DNA of 63,942 nt, filler included, from Collodictyon triciliatum (taxonomy: Eukaryota): assembly GCA_043381765.1 (NCBI GenBank). It is 4 parts of 4 records of this genome, joined end to end, with 100 filler letters (N's around TTAATTAATTAA, not from the genome) between each part and the next. Parts side by side here need not be neighbours in the genome. Positions count along the whole stretch, not along the records: positions 1 to 20,547 come from JBHJMP010001229.1; 3 more parts are not named here. One strand, 5' to 3'. Positions 1 through 11,900 of this stretch are shown here, piece by piece (position 1 is the first letter of the stretch; every line of letters begins with the position of its first letter). The translations under genes and the position numbers were made by a program. The notes below the pieces were generated by a model. It saw only the letters and a list, made by a program, of their open reading frames with translations, ran no database searches and had not been told where the DNA came from.

Positions 1-11
1 AAAAAAAAAAG

Positions 12-89
<78 letters not shown>

Positions 90-224
90 CAATAAAAAAA
101 AGACAATAAAAAAAGACAATAAAAAAAGACAATAAAAAAAAGACAATAAAAAAAGACAATAAAAAAAAGACAATAAAAAAAAGACAATAAAAAAAGACAA
201 TAAAAAGACAACAAAAGACAACAA
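1..224. repeat. Poly-A tract followed by a degenerate (A)nGACAAT tandem repeat at the contig start
   Basis: Directly visible: ~85 nt of near-pure A, then ~10 copies of AAAAAAAGACAAT with variable A-run length. Confidence 0.9.
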
Positions 225-380
225 ACTTGCAATGAAGGATAAGATCCCACAATGGCATGCAAATCTCATATCCAAGACAACTCGCCGAGGTTTTTCGCAA
301 GAGCGTCATGAAACATTGGACGAGTGCAAGTCCGCCATTTTTATTTCTTGGCCTCACAAAGTTTGAAGTTTTGTCTCCCT

Positions 381-1373
381 TTATTCCTCTCGTTGGTTGG
401 CCAATGACTCAGCACTGCCTTTGGGTTTGACAGCACACAGCTCTTGCAAATGATGGCCGAGTAGTTGCACAATCAAAAGATATGTGTTATCTTGTTCTAT
501 GATGTTGGCGTGGAAAGGTAAAGTCCGCATAGAGGCGAAGGCATGATGCTTGGTGCTGTATCTAGTCGCCTGCTTCAAGGCTGAAATGCCAAATGCCATA
601 CACATCACCATCGCATCGTACTTTACGCCAAACAAAATATTGAAGAGGCTTTCTCGGAGCCATCTGCTCGACGCTTTGGGCGCATGGTCTCTTAGCTGGA
701 TATTGCTTCTTGCAGTTCCCTTGAAAAACAAAAGAAAAAGGGATATAGAAAAATGGCAAATGACAAAAGACAAAAGACAAAAGAAAAAAGAAAAAAGAAA
801 AAAGAAAAAAGAAAAAGGGATATAGAAAAAAAGACAAAAGAGAAAGGGATATAGAAAAATGGCAAATGACAAAAGACAACAGACAAAAGACAAAAGAAAA
901 AAATAAAAGGGATATAGAAAAAAGACGTAAGACACAGGGGAATAGAAGGAGTGGTTTCTGCCGTGTGCTGTTTGTAGCCGATCGATGCAGTATCTTTGAG
1001 GCCAATAAGTAGCGTTTGCTGACACAGCCTTTTGTGATCAAAGATCTGTTCCATCCAAAACGATGAATCGAATGTTCCATCCGCCAAACAAGTCAATTAA
1101 TTCACTGACGCGCTATTTACACAGGATATGCTGTCGTGAAGGGCACGCTTCGGAAGGCTGCGTTGATTCTTCAATACAAATAATAAAAGAAAAAAGAGAA
1201 AAGAGAAAAGAAAGAAAAAAAAAAGAGAAAAGAAAACAGAAAAACGTTTGACGAAGTTGCTCTTGGCCTCTAGTAACCAGATCATCCATTTCTATCTCAC
1301 GAAGCCAAACCAAATACAACTTTAGGCGCTCGGATGGAGTGCCGAATCCGCTGCTGTCAGGGTCGGGCAACAT
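381..1373 (-). CDS. Hypothetical multi-exon protein (exon structure uncertain)
   Basis: Balanced-GC coding-like blocks (MLPDPDSSGFGTPSERLKLYLVWLREIEMDDLV...; ...RWLRESLFNILFGVKYDAMVMCMAFG...KPKGSAESLANQREE*) alternate with pyrimidine-rich intron-like tracts with GT/AG ends. No family recognised. Confidence 0.4.
736..926. repeat. Purine-rich intronic minisatellite
   Basis: AAGGGATATAGAAAAA occurs four times; two copies continue as TGGCAAATGACAAAAGAC. Confidence 0.8.
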
Positions 1374-1490
1374 TCAACACCTTACAAGAAAGGGCCTCGC
1401 AATTCAAGGAAGCGTTGGGTGTGGTAATACTTTCTTACTTTATTTCTTTCTTTCTTATAAAAAAGAAATAAAAAAAAAAAAACAACTAAC

Positions 1491-3950
1491 ATGACAAACG
1501 ACACACCTGTTCCATTGCACCTGTTGGCCCAAAGCTTTGTGCACAACTTTTTCAACCTTCGCATCTTAATGCATTTCTGCAGTCACATACCCAGATACAA
1601 TATCATGCACAAACGTCTATGTGATACATGCATCAATAGCGATAGGCTCACAGCAAATGTGTCCATTCTAATCCTATTTTCATTTACGCACCTTCCACCA
1701 CTTCAGTTAGATTACTCTGTCAATGTAGAGACAGCATCCCTGCACGAGAGGTTTCACCTTATACTGGGATTAAAGTTACAGGAGCATTGTGACAACATCC
1801 TTGCCGAGGTAAATACAAAGGAAAAAGGAAAAGAGAGGAGAAAAAAAAAAAGGAAAAGGGTCATGTCGAATCATGGTTCTTTATCATAACTTAATATTAA
1901 TCTCGCTACGTCTTTTACAACCTAGCTTCACACAAACAAGTCCAAAGTCTGCCAACAGTACCTGTCTCAGCTAATTCTCCTGCAAAGAAACCATATCTTT
2001 CTGAGTCAATGGATCTCTCGGACACAGGAAACTTTGAGGGCAATCGGCAAAATTCAAATATGCCCATTTCGTAGAAGAAAGAAGCTATCCGTCATTCCTT
2101 TCGCATTCGGATACTTCAAATACAGGCAGGTTGTTCCTCTTGTTGCATCTGAAGGCCGAATTCATATGGAGCATCCTTGTGTGGCATTTCTCCACGGTAT
2201 AAAGCTACCCACGCAGATGTGTACTTTAACTGGCCTTGTATCAACCAGTATACCAGAGCAAAAGCGAAAGGTTTGTCGTATAATGAAAATGTTCAAGCCG
2301 ATACACGAGACTTCATTGTCCCATGCATCCTACCCATACGATTTTGCACAACATCCGGACTCTGGGGATTTCTTTGTCACAGACTTTGCAAAACATCATT
2401 TGCTCATTGTGTCATCAGACTATCAAGCAACCAAAGTGTTTGGCGAGAAAGGGTCGAGTCCAGGGCAGTTCTTGAACCCAACCGGTGTTGCATTTTCACC
2501 GAGAGGCATCCTAGCTGTAGTTGACCATGGAAACCACCGTGTTCAGCTCTTTGATACCCACCTGGCGTGTATTCATGCATTTGGCTCATTTGGAAACGGA
2601 CCCAATATGTTCATCCATCCTTCTCTTGTTGCGTACGACCGGTTAGGTCATCTATACGTCACAGATATACATACAAAGACTATCCAAAAGTTTGACGGCG
2701 ACGGAAACTTCAAGGAAATCATCCATCAAAACCACATCCGCTCTGCTGCAGAGAAGCCAGTTTACAGCATCACATTCAACTCAAAGACCGAATTTTATGC
2801 CTGGTGCCTGGATTCAAACTCGATACAGGTGTACAACCTTTCTGGTGCGCTCGTGAAGGACATTTCACTGGCGTTTGATGTTCCGGGAGGCTCTCTTATC
2901 ACACTCACATGCGGACCCATGGACACTGTTTTTCTATCTGACAATCAAAATCATGTCTGGCATTGCACATCAACCGGGGCTCTGATTGGCAAGCATCCAT
3001 TTTTAGGCCCATCAAAAGCACTAGTATCAGGGTTGGACAAATTGTACACCCTGTGCTCCAACACAAAATCTCTGATTTTTGGGAACTGGACTTGGGATGC
3101 AGAGAAGCAGAGCACCCATGACCAGTTCCTCGGGAGGCCAAAGAAGGTTGTTGGTGGAAATGGCTGCAGCCAAGGCCAGTTGAAGCGGCCAAGCTGCCTC
3201 TGCATTCACCCAAAGACAGGCGATGTTTATGTGACAAACACAGGCAACCACCGCATCGACGTTTTTTCACCGGACCTTGCATTCAAGGCATCGTTCAGCT
3301 GCTCGAAAGGCAAGTGCAGTGCGTTGTATCATCCTTTTGGTATCTTCATTTCTCCAGACGGCCAGACAATTGGAGTCACTGACTACGGCAACCATTGCGT
3401 GAAGCTCTTTGACGAATCCTTTAACCTGCGGCGCGTGATTGGGTCGAAAGGGGCGGATGCTGGGCAGTTTGAGCGTCCCTCGGGTGGGTGCTTTGATGGA
3501 CACAACAACTTTTACGTAGCAGACTCTGGCAACAGACGCGTGCAAAAGTTTACTGCGCTGGGCGAATTCCTTTGCATGTTTGGTACAGAGACGTGCAGCC
3601 GTGACCAAAAGAAAGAAGACATTTGCAGTGTCTATGTGGATAGAGACAACTGCGTTTCTGTGGTTGGATCTGGGTGCACGCGAATCCGCACATTCTGCGG
3701 GGACGGGCGTCACGTTGGGGATTTGAGAATCGAGCAAACTGGCTGCAGGAGCATCTGCTTCTTGTTTGAGGGAATCGATGGTGGCTATGCAATCTCTGAT
3801 GCGGCAAACAACCGGGTGATGTTTTATTCAAGGAGCTCTGGAGAAAAGCTGGGCGAGTATCCTCACGCGTGCCCATCGGGAGGCGCCTTCAATGCTGAGG
3901 GCGCGTTTTATTTGTTGGGTATGGATGACCACTCGCTATCTTTGATATAG
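1491..3950 (+). CDS. NHL-repeat protein with two NHL propeller blocks and a Cys/His-containing N-terminus (TRIM-NHL-like)
   Basis: NHL motifs FGEKGSSPGQFLNPTGVAF...VVDHGNHRVQLF, GSKGADAGQFERPSG...YVADSGNRRVQKF. The 638-aa ORF stays open upstream to an acceptor at 1925 and splices in phase 0 to the exon ending at 1808 (...HCDNILAE|LHTNKSK...). Start codon uncertain (1491 or 1569). Confidence 0.8.
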
Positions 3951-4729
3951 CAGCCATCCAGAATGCGAGACGTAGAATGGATACCTTGTTTTGTAATGCC
4001 GCCCTTGTCTGTTTCGTATGTCACAATTTGAACGGCCAAAGCCGCGCACATACGCTAATCAATTCTATTATTTAGCTCCCTATTTGCCCTACTTTTGCTG
4101 TTTTATTTTTCTTTTTTCTTTTTTGTTTTCATGATATATATTTCTTTTTTATTCACCACCCAGAGTTTACTTTTCGGTGAAAAACACTAATATCTCCACT
4201 CAAATAAAGAAAAAAAAAAAAGAAGAAACATAGATTCTTTGTGGTTTAATCGTTTACTTTTCATTAATATTTATATTTATATGTTCATTCTGATTCTCTT
4301 CGAGCCTATCTTTTGTGATGTTGCGCTCCTAAAAGGATTTCATGGTTGTTGTTTTTTTTTTTCCACTTCAGTTGATTGAGAGAAAACAAAGCCGAGGAAA
4401 CCGCCTTCGCCTCTAGGACAAGAAATGAGCTGTGGACGAGACAGTGGAAAAACCCCGGATTGTGCGGTTGGAGTTTTTGTGTTTTGGCTGGAAGAAAAAG
4501 AAAAAAGATAAAGAAAATAGAAAAATAGAAAGGAGAGAAGTGTTCTCACACGCAGACTATTCTATCCGAGGTGGTTCAGTTACAACGCGATTTCTGTTTG
4601 TATTCGAGACTGATAAAAGAGCAGATGAAGTTGTCGGGTCGATGAAAGTACGCACATGACAGTTACTTCTCAAATCGATTCCGACGAATCCTTTCAACCG
4701 TCTATCTCAGACAAGGTTTACATCCTATT

Positions 4730-5559
4730 TCATTCCACAGGATGAGTCTTTTGAGGAGACCACGGGTCACTTTCCTTGCGTTTCTTGCTGGGCGACTCTG
4801 ACAAAAAGCGATACATCGTTGTTTGTCTGGAATTATCGGAAGTGACGCTTGACCGTCCCCTGGCATCGGGACCATGCATAGCCGGCAGTGGACTTTGCTT
4901 AGCCGAAGTATGGATTCGCGTCTGTGGTTTTAGAAACATACGCTCCTGCTTGCTCGGATTGTTTTTGGTGTGTGGAGTTCCAAGCTTGGATTCGACTTGT
5001 GGTGTTTGCTCTTGCTCCTTGGTTCTCGGTGCGACGGGCTGGGGTAGGGTAAACGGGCTATCTTTGGTGGGCGCTGGTTCTTGTGTTGCCTTCGATTTGG
5101 AGTATCCTTTCGGATAAGTAACGAACACTGCCTTGTTGCCTCCTATGTTAACCATATTCACGTCAGCCTGAATGGGTAGTTTAAGGGGGGATTTCTTTCG
5201 GGGTTTGGAGATACACTGCTCTTGGGTCTTGCGATGTACGGGCTTGTCCAGTGTTGGCGGTGGAGGGCTCGAGTGCGAGGATTCTGAAGAGGAACCGAGA
5301 TTTCCTTCCATGTCATCGTCGCTGTCGCTGTATGCGCGTATCTGCTGTAAGTCTTGCGGGCTCAGTTGTTGCCTGGCCTTGGCTTCCTTGACCCCGTTGC
5401 TGCTTGTCTGCTTGGTGGGTGTATTCTTTTGCGGGGTTTTACTTGTCGTTTGTTATTCGCGGCTGGTGGACGCTCTTTGAGGGTGCGCTTTGGACACTTT
5501 TTTCCCTTGACCGTAAACTTTGCAGGGAGCTGGTTCTTGTGACAAGGAAGCTTCACCAT
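4730..5559 (-). CDS. Hypothetical basic, low-complexity (K/S/P/T-rich) protein, probably 2 exons
   Basis: ORF 5362-5559 (MVKLPCHK...NNKRQ) joins the frame of ORF 4730-5311 if a ~35-nt GTAAAA...AAGCAG intron is removed. No domain recognised. Confidence 0.5.
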
Positions 5560-5986
5560 GGCCGTGTCTGTGAAGAATCCTTTCTCCTTTTTATTTTTTA
5601 TTCTTATTTTTTGGTTTTTGGTTTGTTTCAGTTCGATTTTTTTTTTAAAAAAAAAAAAGATAATCCCAAATTAAGTATTCTGATGTATGAATGATTTTAT
5701 TGTGGGAAGCGGTGAGGTTTCCAAAGGCAACGCAACTCTTGCTGTGGATTGTGGCTGCTCGGCTCTCAAGGCTTAAATGCTAATGTAAATGATTAACAGG
5801 TATATACTCATACCAAAAATCGCGAAATGATTAATAGTGGAACAAAACTTGTGTATATCTAAAATATTAGGTTTGCATATTATCATGCCTCGAAGGCTTT
5901 TCAATAGCGGAAATCAGCTGTGGAAAGATAAAAAGCGATAAACAAGAATACGTACAACGAGCGACTGACTTGTTTTGCAGCAGCTA

Positions 5987-8900
5987 TTAACCGTCATCAT
6001 CTCCTTCCTCATCTTCGTCATCATCATCTTCATCATCTCCTTCACCATCTTCTTCCTCTCCTTCCTCTCCATCTTCATCATCTCCTTCACCATCTTCTTC
6101 CTCTCCTTCCTCTCCTTCTTCATCCTCTCCTTCTTCCTCTCCTTCTTCCTCTCCTTCTTCCTCTCCTTCTTCCTCTCCTTCTTCCTCTCCTTCTTCCTCT
6201 TCCTCTTCTTCATCTTCCTCTGCTTCGACGGCTTTTTGTCTCCATTCCTGAGCCTTCTCCTTGCTCATATCCACACCCCATCCATTCTCGTAGCACTTTG
6301 CCACCATTATAGCTTGAGGACCAGTAAAAGTTCCCTCTTCACAAAACTTGACAAAGTCTATATCATCCGACACCGCACCAAGAGAAAACAACAGTCTTTT
6401 GTTAAAATCGCTGAGTCCTTGAGTTTTCTGTAGCTTGATGCTTCCTCCTTCCAAGTATCGCAGTCCAAATATACGAACTGTTCTTGCACCGGGTAAAGAA
6501 ATGCCGCTACTGTCTGGAGCCAGCGAAGTCGTGCTTTGCTTTCGAGGCCTGCCCTCTTTCCCGTTCGCCGACTTTGTTGCCAAAGAGAGTTCCCAGACAC
6601 GCACGATGTCATCCACACCTGCAGAAGCAAGCCATTTCTCTCCCTTGGGCCCTGTAACATTGCTTAGCTTATTAACAGCGCCGTCATGGCCTTCAATTGT
6701 TCTAACCTGCGCTCCAGTGGCCAAATCCCAGACAAGAACCTTGCTGTCCTCGCTGCTGGAGGCCAACCATTTTTCTCCATTCGGTCCGTCAATACTACAC
6801 ACAGACTTGAGTTCTTTTGTGAGCCCCTCAATCGTTTTGACTAGAGAGCCATCTGATACATTCCAGATACGAATTGTTTTGTCAATGCTTCCAGAGGCCA
6901 GCCAGTTTTCGCCATTTGGCCCCTGGATGCTGCAGATGGACCTCACTTCGTCTGTGTGGCCCTCGAGAGTCTTCACATGCGTGTTTGTCGATAAGTCCCA
7001 AAGACGGATTGTAGTGTCGCTGCTTCCAGACGCCAGCCAGTTTTCTCCACTCGGCCCTTTGAGGGAACATATATCAAAAACTGTGCTCGTATGGCCTTCG
7101 AGACTTTTGACTTCACTGCAGGAGGCCAAGTCCCAAATGTAGATGGTTTTTTCTCCACCAGCAGACACCAGCCATTTTTCTCCACTTGGCCCTTGAGCAT
7201 CACACATAGTCCAAGCAGTGTGTGTATGAGTCTCAAGAGTTTTGACCTCTTTCCATGAACTCATTTCCCATATACGTATCGTTTTGTCGTCGCTACCAGA
7301 TGCAAGCCATTTCTCGCCATTCGGGCCCTCAATCCCGCACAGGCTCCATATTGTATCAGTGTGAGTATCCAAGGTAGCCAACTGCTTCCCACGCTCCAAA
7401 TCCCATATGCGAACACAATCATCATTTCCGCCAGATGCCAGCAATCTTTCTCCTTGTGGGCCTTGAATATCACAAAGAGCCCAGACAGATTCGTCTGAAT
7501 GCCCTTCATCCCGACCAATCAATTTTACAGAACTATAATCCCAGAGTTCTATTTCTCCACCCTCGCACCCAGTGGCCAACCATCTTTCTCCGTTAGGACC
7601 ATTTACGCTGCAGACACTGGAAATGACTTCATGATTGCTTTCCAAAACTTTAACCTGATTTCCCGTACTTAAATCCCAAATAATAAGTGTCTCGTCTTCA
7701 CTTGCAGATGCCAGCCACTTTTCTTGGTTAGGTCCTTGGAAGTTACATATAGAGTTAACCGTATCAGTGTGTCCTTTCATAAGCTTCACTTGACTGCTAG
7801 TGGCCACACTCCATATTCTAACAGTATTGTCGTCACTTCCAGAAATGATGTAATTATCCCCATCAATGCTCTCGGTACTGCATATGGAAGTTACCCAATC
7901 TGTATGTCCTTTCATATTTTTAACTTGAGTTCCAGAGGCTTTGTCCCAAACGCGTATTGATTTGTCGTAGCTCCCCGATGCAATCCAAGCTTCTCCGTTT
8001 GGCCCTTTGACATTACAAATACTGGTAACTTGCTCCGTGTGGCCTCTGAGTAATTTCTCTTGCTTACCGGTCGCTATATCCCAAATGCGAATAGTTTTGT
8101 CTTTTCCTCCGGAAATTAACCAGTTTTCTCCATTCGGTCCTTTTGTGCCAGCAACTGTTTTGACCCAGTCAGTGTGCCCCTCCAATGTCTTCAAACGATT
8201 ACCGGAGGCTAAATCCCATATCAGAATGTAAGTGTCCCTACTGCCAGACGCAAGCCACGTCTCTCCATTCGGCCCTTGAATATAACATGCACAAAGGACA
8301 GCATCTGAGTGGTCTTTTAAAACCTTGCTTTCTCTGCCCGTCGCTATATCCCAAACCCGAACGACTTTATCATCACTCGCAGAGATCAACCAGTTTTCTT
8401 GATTGGGACCGGATATGTTGCACATGCAATTGATGGTGTCTTCGTGATCCTCAAGGCTTTTGTAGGGAATTCCAAACTTCACATTCCTCAGAACTGCACC
8501 GTTGAATATCGCATGGCTTAAAACAGAGTTGGTAAAGTCTACACCGTCCAAGTTGCCGCCTGAGAAGTCGACTCCGTCAAGAATAGAGTTGCTGAGATTT
8601 GCATTTGGAATTCTAACCTTGGACAGGTCCATCCCACTAAAAGTGACATTCATGAAATTCAGCAATGTAATTGCATCAGAAGCTGCCCTTGACTTACTTT
8701 CGTCGCTCCTTGACAAGTACACAATCTCAAACAAATGAGAAATTATTTGCTCTCGATTCCATCTGCCTTCTTCCTTAAGATCAGGGATGGTTTCTGTTAT
8801 GAATTCTTGATATTTAGTAAACTCAATGGGCTCCTTAATCATTCCGATGATTTTGGAATGATATGATAGATATTCACAGCAGAACAAAGTCTTTGCGTGA

Positions 8901-11900
8901 ATCCATCCGAGCTTCTGTCCGGTATTTTGCATCATCTCGGTCCAGAAATCCATTCCTTCCTTATGGAGCTCTTTCTCAATAAAACTCCCGCCAATATGTT
9001 CGCAAGCATCCCATGTACCGACAAAGTCGTGGCCGTAAAGTTTACCAAACAGATGAATCAGATGCTTGTGTATTTCGATAATCAATTCGTGCTCATCCTT
9101 GTCGACAAACATTTTGGCCATGCCGATGCACTGAATGCTATCCTTCAGCGACGTTCTTGTCAGGGTTTCGTTACGGATTTGAAAGGCTTTTTGAATAAAG
9201 TCAATCGTTTGGGCGTTGCTACATTTAAGTGGAGAATCAACTTTAAGATTTCAATGTATTTTCCTTCTCTATTAGCTTTATTATCATAAATAGTTATAAA
9301 GAAAAGAAAAAGAAAAATATCGTGGAGATATAAATCAACATTTTTCACAAGAATGCTTATTTAAAAAAAATTAAAAATACTGCACAGGTATTATAGTTAA
9401 TAGATTCAATTTAACTCCGGATATACAGAAAATGAATATACCTTCCCAACTCAAAGTTTGCACGACCTACATTCTCAAGAGATTTTGCGTAGTCAGGATG
9501 GGCTTCCCCAAGAGTTCTTTTACGAATGTCTAATGTGACGGTATACGCAGACAAAGCTTTCCGGTATCTTTGATAAATAAAGATCCATTAATAGTCATCA
9601 ACATATGAATAAAGCATTTATTGCAGAAAAATCATAGCTTGACAAATGACAGATAAAATAAGATTCTTTAAGTGAAAACTGTTCGCACTCTTTCAAATCA
9701 TGATTGATATTGCCAATCATCTCATATCCATTGACCACATTGGGGTGATTTTCCCCAAGTTTTTCAACAAAGATCTTCACTGACTTATTGAGGCATGTGA
9801 GGGCTTCTGGTTTTCTGATTATTTTTTAAAATTACTTAGCCTCTGACTTTTTTAAATCGAATAAAGGGAAACTTAGACTATGGCTTCAAACCGAATGGTA
9901 AGAAAAACTAATTGAATGTAATTTAAGTGTTTCATTTTTGAAAAGAAAATGTTTTATTGATGATTCACCTTCCAGTCTCGATGTAAACGTTTGCTAGGTA
10001 TCCAAGCACAGAGGCAACTGATGGATGCTGGTCTCCGAATGATTGCTCAAGAATATTTCTCGCACGTTCGTATTCCGATATGCATTCATCATACCTGATA
10101 AAGTTTAGCATTGATAGACTCGCAATCATTCTTTGTAAGATTAGTTCTTTCCATCCTCCTCACTCCCCTCAAAATATGTGCAACAAAAGCTATTCCTTTA
10201 AAAAGTAAAAGAGACGAACGAAAAAATTTACCTTTTCTCAGCAAAATAGACATGCCCAAGATTCTGAAGTGAGGCGGACATTAATGGGTGATCATTTCCG
10301 ACTTTTTTTGATCGAATTTCCTTTGCCAGTTTATATTCTTTCAAAGCGAGTTCCATTCTTCAAAGTTGATTTCTGTTAGAATTTTTGGCCAAGGAGTTTC
10401 TTCGATTGTTACAGATTTATTATGTATGATGATAAAATTAGTATTGTGGCATTACTGATTTTCTAATAAATGTATGTCTCCAAGACGGTCATGTGACTGA
10501 GCTACGGACAAGTCGTGCTCCCCATATTTTTGCAAACGCAGTTCAAGTGACTTCTTAAATTCGTAAAGTGCTTCGCCTAACCTAAGGTAGTGTTTCATTA
10601 TAATTTTTATGATGGATGATGGATTATAATAATAATAATGATAATAATAAATAAATACAAGATTGAAATATTGCTGTTACTTGTTCTCGTTCATGTACAA
10701 AGATCCAATTTCTTGATGAAGAGACGATATCAGATCGATGTTCTCTTGTTCCCGAGATTCATTGATGTTCAAACACTTCAAAAGATAGGCCTTAGACTCT
10801 TCCCAACTGAAAAAAAAAACCTTAATATAGGAAAGGACACAATTTATTTTAACTAATTATTTATATTATAAGCAATAAAAAAAAATACTTTTGGAGATTC
10901 TTGTAAACACAACCAAGGGCGAAGTAGTCATCAACCTTGGACTCTGTATAATGTAGTGTTTCAGGTGCATATTTCTTTTTTAGGATAAAATATTTAAAAT
11001 AGATGATTGATGAATGTACAATATGGACATACCTTCTGATGGTCGTTTGCTGATTCTTTGTGTGACAGTGGAAAGTAAGAAAGAGTTTTCATACATCTCG
11101 AGAAAGAATCTAACCAGCAGATCACCAACTCTATTGGTTGACTGAGAAATTCATGTGTTAACGTGTATTATTATAATTATATTTATCTAACGCTGTCAGT
11201 AAATATTTTAAAATAGTTAAATGAAACTAAAAAAATAAAAATGCAACCTTAATGAAATGGGCGTAAACATCCTTGTAATTCGTGAGACCTTTATCATGTA
11301 TGGTTCTCCAGCAATTGACAAATTCATAACGATAGCGGCCTTCTAGCATCAGAATCACAACCTGAATTTTATTTTCTAATTTAGGATAAAAGGAGAAAAA
11401 AAACATCATAAATAATTTTTTTTAAAAAAAAAAAGCTGTTGCTTATAATTGTTTTTTTCATATCAGTCATCCTGAAAAAAATCTCATTACGTGCTCTTGC
11501 TTAAGGTATTCCACAAGCAAGTCATAGCTTTCTCCTCCCAGTAATTGATAGCAGATTTCGGCAGCCAGTTCCTCGTCAACTGCAGTGTCCCCAGAGTATT
11601 CACTGAAGAGCCACTCGCCCAGATGTTTCTTAGTCTCGACCAATGCTTTGTGCTCAGAAAGAAAGTACCTTTCCACGGTCTCTGCCAAAAGTTGATGGAA
11701 GTACATATATCTAGCGAAAAGTTAGGGGAAATTGTGCTTCAGTATGGACGAATATTCAAGTCATTCGACCATTCTATGAGTCCAATAAAAGGCAAAAGTT
11801 TATTCAAACCTTCCATTCCTCACGAACAAGGATTCAATCAGTGTAAAAAAGAACGATTTCCTTTTTTTAAAAAAAAAAAATAATGTCATTAGGCAACAGA

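Noticed and set aside
1-224. Possible telomeric repeat at the window start
   Set aside because: Unit length varies and similar A-rich repeats occur at other contig ends and in introns; more likely a low-complexity assembly break.
1690-1810. Minus-strand frame reads plausibly if TAA is read as Gln, suggesting a ciliate-type genetic code
   Set aside because: The + strand here is an exon of the NHL gene, the long ORFs (638, 760, 1044 aa) have no in-frame TAA/TAG, and GRWD1, PDCD2 and Acinus end on TAA.
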